32,000 bases of DNA from Longivirga aurantiaca (lineage in GTDB: Bacteria; Actinomycetota; Actinomycetes; S36-B12; CAIYMF01), in the NCBI RefSeq assembly GCF_042660085.1, contig NZ_JBHSTI010000008.1, positions 30,001 to 62,000 of the forward strand, in the 5' to 3' direction. Shown here piece by piece: positions 17,094-25,543 of this stretch (the first letter of the stretch is position 1; every line of letters starts with the position of its first letter). The notes under the pieces were generated by a model. That model had not been told where the DNA came from. It worked only from the letters and a program-made list of their open reading frames with translations, and ran no database searches. The position numbers and the translations under genes are program-made.

Positions 17094-18273
17094 CGCCGGC
17101 GGCCACGTGCTGGTCGTCAACGCCGGCAGCTCGTCGGTGAAGCTCGCCGTCCTGGACCCTGTGTCCGGGCGGCGAGCCCTCACCGGCCTGGCCGAGCGCG
17201 TCGGCACGCAGGACGCCTCGGTGCGGATCGACCGCGACGGCGAGCGCTCGACGTCCACGCCGGACGACGTGTCGCACGCCGGCGTGATCGAGGCGCTGCT
17301 CGCGCTCATGACCGGCGACGAGCGGTCGTCGATCACCGCCGTCGGGCATCGCGTGGTGCACGGCGGCCCGACGTACTCCTCGTCGGTCGTGGTCGACGAC
17401 GTCGTGCGCGCCGATCTCGAGGCGCTGACTCCCCTTGCGCCGCTTCATCTTCCGGGCAACCTCGCCGGCATCGACGCCACGACGGCCGCGCTGCCCGACC
17501 TGCCGCAGGTGGCGGTGTTCGACACGGCCTTCCACCGCACCATGCCGGCGTACGCCGCGCAGTACGCCGTTCCGCGGTCGTGGCGCGACGACCTCGACGT
17601 GCGCCGCTACGGCTTCCACGGCACCAGCCACCGCTACGTGTCGGGCGCAGCGGCCGAGCTGCTCGGCCGACCGCCCGGCGAGCTGGGCCTCGTCACGCTG
17701 CACCTCGGCAACGGGTGCAGCGCGGCCGCCGTGCGCGGTGGTCGATCGGTGGACACGACGATGGGCTTCACGCCGCTCGAGGGGCTCGTCATGGGCTCGC
17801 GCAGCGGCGACATCGACCCCGGGGTGATCCCGTACGTCGCCGAGCGGCTCGGCGTGGATGCTGCCGAGGTCGTCCGCCGCCTCAACACCGAGTCCGGCCT
17901 GCTCGGCGTCTCCGGCACGAGCAACGACATGCGCACGCTGCTCGAGGCGGCAGCCGCGGGGGACGAGGACGCGGCGCTCGCGGTGGAGCTGTTCTGCTAC
18001 CGGGCGGCCAAGCACGTCGCCGCGCTCTCGGTGGCGCTCGGCCGCCTCGACGCGGTGGTCTTCACCGGCGGGATCGGGGAGAACTCCGCGCCGGTGCGCG
18101 CCGCGGTCCTCGCCCGGCTCAGCGTCCTGGGGGTGCATCTCGACGCCGAGGCGAACCACGCGAACGGCGCCACCACCGGCGGCCGCATCAGCACGCCCGG
18201 AGGCCCCGTGGCGCTCGTCGTCCCGACCGACGAGGAGCTGCTCATCGCGCGGGACACCGCAGACCTGGCCTGA
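17077..18273 (+). CDS. ackA: Acetate kinase (start may instead be GTG 17107)
   Basis: 398 aa; VLVVNAGSSSVKL, VGHRVVHGG, VFDTAFH, RRYGFHGTSHRYV, VTLHLGNGCSAAAV, VVFTGGIGENS. Confidence 0.97.
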   Translation: MTALSDAGGHVLVVNAGSSSVKLAVLDPVSGRRALTGLAERVGTQDASVRIDRDGERSTSTPDDVSHAGVIEALLALMTGDERSSITAVGHRVVHGGPTYSSSVVVDDVVRADLEALTPLAPLHLPGNLAGIDATTAALPDLPQVAVFDTAFHRTMPAYAAQYAVPRSWRDDLDVRRYGFHGTSHRYVSGAAAELLGRPPGELGLVTLHLGNGCSAAAVRGGRSVDTTMGFTPLEGLVMGSRSGDIDPGVIPYVAERLGVDAAEVVRRLNTESGLLGVSGTSNDMRTLLEAAAAGDEDAALAVELFCYRAAKHVAALSVALGRLDAVVFTGGIGENSAPVRAAVLARLSVLGVHLDAEANHANGATTGGRISTPGGPVALVVPTDEELLIARDTADLA

Positions 18274-18297
18274 GGCCTGGCCTGGCCCGCACGCGCG

Positions 18298-18353
18298 CGA
18301 GCCCGGCCACGCGAGCACGAACGACGCTGTTCGTGGCCGCGTGGCCGGGCTCG
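18298..18353. terminator. Long hairpin terminator between convergent ackA and whiB-like genes
   Basis: CGAGCCCGGCCACGCG (18298-18313) pairs with CGCGTGGCCGGGCTCG (18338-18353), 2x2 internal loop, inner CACGAA/TTCGTG stem, 8-nt loop. Confidence 0.85.
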
Positions 18354-18372
18354 GCGGTGCGGGTGGTGCAGG

Positions 18373-18696
18373 TCAGCTGGCGACGAGCTGGCGCTCGCGG
18401 AGCCGCGCGCGCTGGGCCTCGTCGGTGCCGCCCCAGATGCCGATGAGCGAGCGGTCCTCGAGCGCCACGCGCAGGCACTCGTCGCGGACGGCGCACCCGC
18501 CGCAGAACGAGAGGGCGACGCGGCGCGAGATCTGGTCGTGCGCGCTGACCGGGAAGAACACGTCGGGCTCGGCGTCCTGGCAGGCGGCGGAGGCCCACCA
18601 CTGCTCCTGCAGGGCGGTGCCGGTGGTCGCGAAGAGGTACTGCTGCTCCTCGGCGACGACGACCTCGACGGGCGGCGGCGGTGGGACGCGGGGCAT
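18373..18696 (-). CDS. WhiB-family iron-sulfur transcriptional regulator
   Basis: 107 aa from ATG 18696; WWASAACQDAEPDVFFP, SFCGGCAVRDECLRVAL, GIWGGTDEAQR: four Cys plus GIWGG turn. Confidence 0.95.
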   Translation of the reverse strand: MPRVPPPPPVEVVVAEEQQYLFATTGTALQEQWWASAACQDAEPDVFFPVSAHDQISRRVALSFCGGCAVRDECLRVALEDRSLIGIWGGTDEAQRARLRERQLVAS

Positions 18697-18722
18697 GGCG
18701 CGGACCTTCTCTCGATGTGTAG

Positions 18723-18756
18723 TGCACCGGGTGCACCGCACAGTACACCGGGTGTA
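18723..18756. promoter_or_regulatory. Two tandem 13-bp palindromes, 21 bp apart, between divergent whiB-like and tetR-like genes
   Basis: TGCACCGGGTGCA (18723-18735) and TACACCGGGTGTA (18744-18756), both TRCACC-G-GGTGYA. Confidence 0.7.
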
Positions 18757-18791
18757 GCCAGGGCGCCAGGGTTCGGGCTAGGGTCTTTCGC

Positions 18792-19484
18792 ATGTCCGCA
18801 GCCGCCTCCGCAGCGCCCGCCCCGGGCGACGCGCGGACGCGCATCGAGGCCGCCGCGCTCGACCTGTTCGAGCAGCAGGGGTACGCCGCGACGACCGTCG
18901 AGGCCATCGCGAGCGCGGCCGGCGTCGCGCGCCGCACGTTCTTCCTGCACTTCCCCTCCAAGGACGCGGTGGTGTTCCTGCACCACGAGGAGCTCTCGGG
19001 CCGGGTCGCCGCGCTCCTGGACGCGAGCACCGACTCCGCCGCGGTGCCGGCCATGTGCCAGGCCGTGCGGATGGTGTTCGGGCACTACGTCGAGGAGCCG
19101 GAGATCGCGTTGCGGCGCTACCGCATCGTCAAGGACGTGCCCGAGCTCCGCGCCCGCGAGATCGCGTGGGTGCAGAGGTACCGCGTGCTGTTCGCCCGCT
19201 TCCTGCACAGCCGGCTCGACGAGCGCCCGTTCGGCGCTCTGGAGGCAGAGGCGATGGCCGGCTCGTTCGCCGCCGTCCACAACCACATGCTGCGCCGGTG
19301 GCTCAAGGACGACCTCGGCCCGGACCCCATGGGCGAGTTCGACACCGCGCTGGCGTGGCTGTCGTCGTCGTTCGACACCGCGACACGGGGCGGCGCGCCG
19401 CGCCGGCTCGTCGTGGCGGTGTTCGACGAGGGCACCGACCCGCGCGAGATCCTCGCCCAGGTGGAGCAGGCGACGTCCCGCTGA
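18792..19484 (+). CDS. TetR-family transcriptional regulator
   Basis: 230 aa; DARTRIEAAALDLFEQQGYAATTVEAIASAAGVARRTFFLHFPSKDAVVFLHHEEL. Confidence 0.9.
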   Translation: MSAAASAAPAPGDARTRIEAAALDLFEQQGYAATTVEAIASAAGVARRTFFLHFPSKDAVVFLHHEELSGRVAALLDASTDSAAVPAMCQAVRMVFGHYVEEPEIALRRYRIVKDVPELRAREIAWVQRYRVLFARFLHSRLDERPFGALEAEAMAGSFAAVHNHMLRRWLKDDLGPDPMGEFDTALAWLSSSFDTATRGGAPRRLVVAVFDEGTDPREILAQVEQATSR

Positions 19485-19584
19485 CCGCCGGCGTTACACC
19501 TCGGCCGGTCACCCGGCGGAGAGCAGAGCGAATCTTGAGGTTCTGAGGCAGAAACGGCCGGACTCTCTCCGTACCGTCACGAGG

Positions 19585-20157
19585 GTGACCCATCGTCGGC
19601 CTCTGCTCGCTGTCGCCGCTGCCCTCGTCGCCCTCGCACTGTCCGCCTGCTCGGGCTCCGCGGCTGACGCCGGCAGCAGCGCCCCCGCGTCGGCGAGCCC
19701 CTCGGCGAGCGAGACCAACCCGTACGGCGCGGCCGTGGTCGACCCTCTCGGCGCCGACGAGCCCGTCCTCACCCTCGACGGCGGATCCGCAGGAAAGGTG
19801 GGGCTCACCCTCGCCGAGCTCGAGGCGCTCGGCACCACGACGGTCACCGTCAACGAGCCGTTCGTGCAGAAGGTGCAGACCTTCACCGGCGTGCCGCTGT
19901 CGGCCGTCCTGGACCGAGGCGGCATCGCCTCGACCGCGACGGTCGACACCATCGCCCTCAACGACTACGAGTACTCCGGCCTCGCGTCGGACTTCGAGGC
20001 GAGCGACGCGATCATCGCGACCCAGCGCGACGGCCAGCCGATCCCGTACGACCAGGGCGGCCCGATCCGGCTCGTCTACCCCGACGGCACCTCGCTCTCG
20101 GGCGTGCTCGACGCCTGGAACTGGAGCCTGGACCGGCTCTCGGTCGCCTCCGCATGA
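19585..20157 (+). CDS. Lipoprotein with small sulfite-oxidase/molybdopterin-oxidoreductase-fold-like domain
   Basis: 190 aa from GTG 19585: VTHRRPLLAVAAALVALALSACSGS lipobox; LTLAELEALGTTTVTV...FTGVPLSAVLDRGGI...YDQGGPIRLVYPDG. Confidence 0.7.
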   Translation: MTHRRPLLAVAAALVALALSACSGSAADAGSSAPASASPSASETNPYGAAVVDPLGADEPVLTLDGGSAGKVGLTLAELEALGTTTVTVNEPFVQKVQTFTGVPLSAVLDRGGIASTATVDTIALNDYEYSGLASDFEASDAIIATQRDGQPIPYDQGGPIRLVYPDGTSLSGVLDAWNWSLDRLSVASA

Positions 20158-21731
20158 CCTCGGCCAGGAACGCCTCGGCGTCGGGCGCCACGGCCGCGGA
20201 CGAACGCCTGCGCCCGCGCTGGGGGCAGTTGCTGCTCGCCGCGCTCGTGATCGGCCTCATCACCGGTCTCGCCATCACCGGTGCACGCCAGGCCGCAACC
20301 GTTCAGGCACGCACCGCCGCGCTCGCCGGCTCAGAGGCGACGAGGACCAACATCGTCTACACGATGCGGGAGAGCCTCGCGCTCTCGATCGTGGTGGAGC
20401 AGTACCTCGCGGGAGAGGCTCCGCGCCGCGACGTGCAGATCGACCGCGCTCTGCTCGGCCAGCGCCTCGGTGTCCTCGGTGCGGACGGCGTGTCCGCCGG
20501 GGACGCCGCACCTGCGTCGTACCGCGACGCCCTGTTCGCCCTCGACGGCAGGCTCGCGGCCATCCCGTCCGGGACGCTGAACGCGGCCGAGCAGCAGATG
20601 TGGAGCGACGCCCTCGACCCGGTGCTCAGCACGTTCGTGCGCGAGTCGCGTCGCCTCGGCGACCTCGAGTCGGTCACCTTCCGCACCGAGGCGCGCGCTG
20701 CGGCCGAGCAACAGGTGTCGACGGCGGTGCGCGAGTCGGTCCTGCTCGTCTCCGCGCTCCTCGCCGCGCTCGCCCTCGCGGTGTGGGTGTTCCTCGACGT
20801 ACGCCGGTACTTCCGCCGCGTCGACGCCGCGATCACCGAGGAGCGGTCGGGCCTCGACCTGGCGCGCGCTGCGCTCGAGCGCAGCACCGTCTTCGAGCGC
20901 GGCCAGGCGCGGGTGCTGGAGCGCATGGCGACAGGCGCGCCGCTGCACGAGCAGCTCTACTCGGTCGCCGAGCTCGCGTCGCGCGCCTCCGGCGACCTCC
21001 CGTTCCGGCTCATGGTCGCGGACCGCATCGTGCTGTCGGAGTCGGCCCAGCTGCGCGCGCCCGGCGATGCCCTGCTCGAGAGCTGGCCCGTGGGCGACGG
21101 ATCCAACCCCGCCGAGTCAGGGGTGCTCGAGCTCGTCGGGACGACCGGAGACGACGTCGCGCCCGAGGTCGACGCGGTCGCCCGCCAGTGCTGCGACCTC
21201 GCCGCGCTGGTGCTCGAGCACGACCGCTCCGCCGCGCTGCTCGAGTACCAGGCCAACCACGACGCCCTGACGGGGCTGGTGAACCGCGGCCTGCTGCTCG
21301 ACCGGATCGGCGAGGCGATGCGCCGCCGCGAGCGCTCGGGCGAGATCGTCGGCATCCTGTTCTGCGACCTCGACAGGTTCAAGGAGGTCAACGACTCCCT
21401 CGGCCATGACGTCGGCGACGACGTCCTCGTCGAGGTGGCCGGCCGCTTCCGCCAGGCAGTGCGGCTCCACGACACCGTCGCGCGCCTCGGCGGCGACGAG
21501 TTCGTGGTGCTCGCGACGTGGATGAACGACGAGAGCGAGCTGCGCCTCCTGGGCGACCGCCTGCAGGAGTCGCTCGTCCAGCCGATCTCCGTGCAGGGCA
21601 AGGAGGTGACGGTCGACGTGACCATCGGGCAGGTCGTCGTCGACGACCTCATGCTCGACGCGCGCACCGCCCTGCACGCCGCCGACATCGCGATGTACCG
21701 CGGCAAGGGCGTGCCCGCGCCCCGCGCCTGA
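20154..21731 (+). CDS. Membrane-anchored GGDEF diguanylate cyclase
   Basis: 525 aa; two TM segments, ANHDALTGLVNR, CDLDRFKEVNDSLGHDVGD, ARLGGDEFVVL. ATGA overlap with 19585..20157. Confidence 0.92.
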   Translation: MTSARNASASGATAADERLRPRWGQLLLAALVIGLITGLAITGARQAATVQARTAALAGSEATRTNIVYTMRESLALSIVVEQYLAGEAPRRDVQIDRALLGQRLGVLGADGVSAGDAAPASYRDALFALDGRLAAIPSGTLNAAEQQMWSDALDPVLSTFVRESRRLGDLESVTFRTEARAAAEQQVSTAVRESVLLVSALLAALALAVWVFLDVRRYFRRVDAAITEERSGLDLARAALERSTVFERGQARVLERMATGAPLHEQLYSVAELASRASGDLPFRLMVADRIVLSESAQLRAPGDALLESWPVGDGSNPAESGVLELVGTTGDDVAPEVDAVARQCCDLAALVLEHDRSAALLEYQANHDALTGLVNRGLLLDRIGEAMRRRERSGEIVGILFCDLDRFKEVNDSLGHDVGDDVLVEVAGRFRQAVRLHDTVARLGGDEFVVLATWMNDESELRLLGDRLQESLVQPISVQGKEVTVDVTIGQVVVDDLMLDARTALHAADIAMYRGKGVPAPRA

Positions 21732-21799
21732 CCGCAGCAGCGGAGGCCTTGACAGGGTTGTCCAATCTTTACCAGAATCTTGGAAAGTTCTGGAAAGGG

Positions 21800-22990
21800 G
21801 TGGTCGTGGATCCGGTCCGCAACCCGTACACGCCCAACGCCGGCGCCCGCCCGCCGGTGCTGCAGGGCCGCGACGACCTGCTCGAGGACTTCCGGCTCCT
21901 GGTGCAGCGGGTGGCCGACGGCCGTTCGGACAAGGGCTACGTCGTCACCGGTCTGCGCGGGGTGGGCAAGACCGTCCTGCTGGGCGAGTTCGAGACGATC
22001 GCCCGCGACCTCGGCGCCGTCGTCGTCACCTACGAGGTGCCCAAGGCGCCCGGCTCCCTGACCCGCCGGTTCCCGGCGCTCGCCCGCAAGGCGCTGCTGG
22101 AGATCTCGCCGTCGGCCCGGTGGGGTGAGCGCGCCCGGCGCGCGGCGGCGGTGATCCGCGGGTTCAAGGCACGGTTCGACCCCGAGGGCGGCTGGTCCAT
22201 CGAGTACGACGTCTCCGACGCGATGTCGGTGGAAGGTGTCGCAGACTCGGGCGACTTCGTGGCGGACCTCGCGGACCTCGTCGAGGCCCTCGGCGAGGCC
22301 GCCCGCGCCGAGCATCGCGTGGTGGTGTTCCTCATCGACGAGATCCAGCACCTCGACTCCACCGAGCTGTCCGCCCTCGTGATCGCCAAGCACCGCGTCA
22401 ACCAGCGGGTGCTGCCGGTGGTGTTCGCGGGGGCCGGGCTGCCGCAGCTGCCGGCGTTCACCGCGGAGGCGCAGACGTACGCCGAGCGCATGTTCCGGTG
22501 GCCTCAGATCGGCCGCCTCGACGACCGCGCAGCGCGCCTCGCGCTCCTGGAGCCGGCGGCCCGGCTCGGCGTCGGGTTCGAGGAGGCGGCGCTCGCCTTC
22601 ATCACGGCGTACACCGAGGGCTACCCGTACTTCCTGCAGGAGTACGGGCGCGCGGTGTGGGACGCGGCCGAGGCCTCGCCGATCAGCCTGCGGGACGCGG
22701 AGGACACGCGCACGACCGTGGAGGCGGTGCTCGACCAGGACTTCTTCTCGGTGCGCGTCGCCGGCCTGCCCGACCGCGAGCTCGGCTACCTCCGGGCGCT
22801 CGCCTCGCTCGGGCCGGGGGAGCACACCCCCGCGTCGGTCGCGGCGGCGATGAACCGGTCGGGCTCGGCATCGGTGGGGTCGGCCACCGCACGCCTGGTG
22901 TCGCGGGGGCTGATCTACAGCACCCGTCGCGGCTACGTGGCGTTCACGGTGCCGCAGTTCGACCGGTACGTGCGGCGGACCTTCGGCTGA
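21800..22990 (+). CDS. AAA/ORC-like P-loop ATPase with C-terminal winged-helix-like region
   Basis: GTG 21800 proposed start, GGAAAGGGG upstream; YVVTGLRGVGKTVLL Walker A, VVVFLIDEIQHLD Walker B; C-terminal SVAAAMNRSGSASVGSATARLVSRGLIYSTRRGYVAFTVPQFDRYVRR. Confidence 0.8.
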   Translation: MVVDPVRNPYTPNAGARPPVLQGRDDLLEDFRLLVQRVADGRSDKGYVVTGLRGVGKTVLLGEFETIARDLGAVVVTYEVPKAPGSLTRRFPALARKALLEISPSARWGERARRAAAVIRGFKARFDPEGGWSIEYDVSDAMSVEGVADSGDFVADLADLVEALGEAARAEHRVVVFLIDEIQHLDSTELSALVIAKHRVNQRVLPVVFAGAGLPQLPAFTAEAQTYAERMFRWPQIGRLDDRAARLALLEPAARLGVGFEEAALAFITAYTEGYPYFLQEYGRAVWDAAEASPISLRDAEDTRTTVEAVLDQDFFSVRVAGLPDRELGYLRALASLGPGEHTPASVAAAMNRSGSASVGSATARLVSRGLIYSTRRGYVAFTVPQFDRYVRRTFG

Positions 22991-23021
22991 GCCGGACCGC
23001 GCTGTCCGAGGTTGTCCGCCA

Positions 23022-23038
23022 TCCCGGAAAGACCGGGA
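23022..23038. terminator. Short hairpin between convergent genes
   Basis: TCCCGG-AAAGA-CCGGGA, 6-bp stem between ends 22990(+) and 23063(-). Confidence 0.4.
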
Positions 23039-23062
23039 CGGGGTCGCCGGGACGGCGCAGCG

Positions 23063-24442
23063 TCAGCGCAGGGACTCGAGCGCGGCGAGCACGTCGGCGG
23101 CGTGCGTCGCGGGGTTCACGAACGCCAGGCGCAGCACCGTGCGTCCCTGCCACTGCGTGGGCAGGCAGAGGATCACGCCGTCCTTGGCGAGGGTGGTCGA
23201 CCAGGTGCGGTACTGCTCGTCGTCCCACCCGACCCGCTCGAAGAGCACGACCGACAGGTGCGGGGCGAAGCAGAGCGTGAGGTGCTCGGAGTCGTCGATC
23301 GTCTCGGCCACGACGCGCGCGGTGGCGATGCTGCGCTCGATCGCCGCGGTGTAGCGGTCGGTGCCGTGGGTGGCGAGGCTGAACCAGAACGGCAGGCCGC
23401 GGGCCCGCCGCGACAGGTGCACGGCGAGGTCGGACGGGTTCCACTCGGCCCGGTCGACCTGGTCGAGGTAGCTCGCGCGCTGCGCGTGGGCGGCGCGTGC
23501 GAGCTCGGGCTGCCGGTAGACGAGGGCGCACGCGTCGTACGGCGCGAAGAGCCACTTGTGCGGGTCGACGATGAAGCTGTCGGCGCGCTCGATGCCGGCG
23601 AACAGGTGGCGCACGGACGGCGCCGCGAGCCCTGCCCCGCCGTACGCGCCGTCGACGTGCAGCCACACGCCGTGCCGCTCGCACGCGTCCGCGACGCCGG
23701 CGAGGTCGTCGACCACGCCGCTGTTGGTGGTGCCTGCGGAGCTGACGACCGCGAAGACCCCAGGTGAGTCGCGCAGCACCGCGTCGAGGCGCTCGCCGGT
23801 CAGCCGGCCGAGCTCGTCGCCGGGCACCTCGACGACGTCGACGTCCATCACGCGGGCCGCGGCCCGGATCGAGGAGTGCGCGTCCGACGTGCAGGCGAGG
23901 CGCCACCGGCCCTCGGGTCGGCCGTGGCGCTGCTCGGCGGTGTGCCGCGCCGCGACGAGCGCCGAGAGGTTGCCGGTGGTGCCGCCCGAGACGAAGACGC
24001 CGCCCGCGGTCTGAGGCCAGCCGAGGAGCGTGCAGATCCACGCGAGCGCCTGGTTCTCGGCGTGGATCGCCCCTGCTCCGGACTCCCAGTAGCCGGCGAA
24101 CACGTTGGCCGCGCTGGTGGCGAGGTCGAACGAGATGGCTGCGCGGGTCGGGGCGGCCGGGATGTAGGCGAGGTTGAGCGGGTCGTCCTGGGCGCGGGTC
24201 GCGGGGGCGAGGACCTCGCGGAAGAGGCGCAGCGCCTCGTCGTGGCCGATTCCCTCCGGCGTCACGGTGCGGCCGGTGGCCGCTGCCAGCTCGCTCGCGG
24301 GGCGGGCGGTCCACTTGGGGTCGGACGCCGTGACCACGCGCTGAGCGGCCCAGCCGACGACGGCGTCGACGACCGGGGTCTCGTCGCCCCAGATGCTCGA
24401 CGGCGGCGGGCCGGGGTGGGCGTCGTCCGGGCTCTCGATCAC
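23063..24442 (-). CDS. Pyridoxal-phosphate-dependent decarboxylase (group II; aromatic-L-amino-acid/glutamate decarboxylase-like)
   Basis: 459 aa; GGVFVSGGTTGNLSALVAARH, WLHVDGAYGG, SFIVDPHKWLFAPYDACALVYR (PLP lysine). Confidence 0.93.
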   Translation of the reverse strand: MIESPDDAHPGPPPSSIWGDETPVVDAVVGWAAQRVVTASDPKWTARPASELAAATGRTVTPEGIGHDEALRLFREVLAPATRAQDDPLNLAYIPAAPTRAAISFDLATSAANVFAGYWESGAGAIHAENQALAWICTLLGWPQTAGGVFVSGGTTGNLSALVAARHTAEQRHGRPEGRWRLACTSDAHSSIRAAARVMDVDVVEVPGDELGRLTGERLDAVLRDSPGVFAVVSSAGTTNSGVVDDLAGVADACERHGVWLHVDGAYGGAGLAAPSVRHLFAGIERADSFIVDPHKWLFAPYDACALVYRQPELARAAHAQRASYLDQVDRAEWNPSDLAVHLSRRARGLPFWFSLATHGTDRYTAAIERSIATARVVAETIDDSEHLTLCFAPHLSVVLFERVGWDDEQYRTWSTTLAKDGVILCLPTQWQGRTVLRLAFVNPATHAADVLAALESLR

Positions 24443-24587
24443 GCGGCAGTCCTTGCTGGTCGGCTGGCGGGGGCACCGTCGGGCACGGTGAGTGCGCCAC
24501 TGTGGCGACCAGCCGAGCGGTGTTCAAGGCGGCGCTGCACCGCAGCGCAGACTGCCTAGTGCTTGATCACGTGTGCGAGCAGTATGC

Positions 24588-25424
24588 CTAGCGAGGACTG
24601 GAACCGGGCCGTCGGAGGCGCATGAGGCCCTCCTGCACCGTGGTGGCCACGAGGCGGCCCTGCTGGTCGAACATGCGGCCGCGGCCGAGGCCGCGCCCAC
24701 CGGAGGCCGACGGCGTGTCCTGGTCGTGCAGCAGCCACTCGTCGGCCCGGGCCGGGCGGTGGAACCACATCGCGTGGTCGATCGACGCGCTGATGAGCTC
24801 GGGGTTCTCGAAGCCGATGCCGTGCGGGCGCAGCGCCGTACCGAGGATGGTGAGGTCGCTCGCGTAGGCGAGGACTGCGGCGTGCAGGGCTGCGCCGTCG
24901 GGCAGCGCGCTGACCGTGCGCAGCCACACCTGCAGCCGGTCGACATCCTCGCCGCCGTAGCGCACGTCGAGCACGCCCCACTCGTCCGGCGCCACCGGTC
25001 GGCCGGAGGCAGCGATGCGCTCGGCGAGGGTCGGCAGGCCCTCGGGCGCTGGCACGTCGGGCATGACGTCCTGGTGCTCCAGGCCTTCCTCGACCACCTG
25101 GAACGAGGCGGTCATGTGGAAGATCGGGCGACCGTGCTGCCGGGCGATGACGCGTCGGGTGGTGAACGAGCCGCCGTCGCGCGTGCGCTCGACGAGGTAC
25201 ACGATCGGGACGGTCGGGTCGCCCGGTCGCAGGAAGTAGCCGTGCAGCGAGTGCGGAGGGCGGTCGTCGGGCACCGTCCGGGCGCCGGCGACGAGCGCCT
25301 GGGCCAGCACCTGCCCGCCGAAGACGCGCTGCAGCGTGGTCGCCGGGGCGTGGCCGCGGAGCAGGTCGTCGTCGATCCACTCGAGGTCGAGCAGGGTCAA
25401 CAGCTCGGGGACGGTGGCGACCAT
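24588..25424 (-). CDS. tesB: Acyl-CoA thioesterase II (TesB-like)
   Basis: 278 aa from ATG 25424; RVFGGQVLAQALVAGARTV, HSLHGYFLRPGDPTVPIVYLVERTRDGGSFTTRRV, ASIDHAMWFHRPARADEWLLHDQDTPSASGGRGLGRG. Confidence 0.93.
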   Translation of the reverse strand: MVATVPELLTLLDLEWIDDDLLRGHAPATTLQRVFGGQVLAQALVAGARTVPDDRPPHSLHGYFLRPGDPTVPIVYLVERTRDGGSFTTRRVIARQHGRPIFHMTASFQVVEEGLEHQDVMPDVPAPEGLPTLAERIAASGRPVAPDEWGVLDVRYGGEDVDRLQVWLRTVSALPDGAALHAAVLAYASDLTILGTALRPHGIGFENPELISASIDHAMWFHRPARADEWLLHDQDTPSASGGRGLGRGRMFDQQGRLVATTVQEGLMRLRRPGSSPR

Positions 25425-25487
25425 GGCACCACTCTGCCGTGCCCGGGACCTCGACCGGTGCTGGGTCCGCCAGAACGGCCCGGTCGC

Positions 25488-25543
25488 ATCGATTCGGTAG
25501 TGGTATCTCGCGCTCTGCCGCGAGATACCACTACCAAATCGGG
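25488..25543. repeat. Long hairpin element, copy B
   Basis: Paired core CGATTCGGTAGTGGTATCTCGCG (25490-25512) / CTCTGC / CGCGAGATACCACTACCAAATCG (25519-25541), 22 of 23 pairs; aligns without gaps to 185-240. Confidence 0.85.

Noticed and set aside
14601-17336. 911-aa minus-strand ORF opposite phosphoketolase (and 16984..18318 opposite ackA)
   Set aside because: Low-complexity V/R/H/A-rich translation fully antisense to clearly homologous xfp and ackA; typical spurious ORF in ~70% GC DNA.
19485-19519. CCGCCGG...CCGGCGG possible terminator after the TetR at 18792..19484
   Set aside because: Only 7-bp arms with a 21-nt loop in very GC-rich sequence; not distinguishable from chance.
20957-22825. 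622-aa minus-strand ORF opposite GGDEF and ATPase genes
   Set aside because: Shadow ORF; the plus-strand genes carry GGDEF and Walker motifs.
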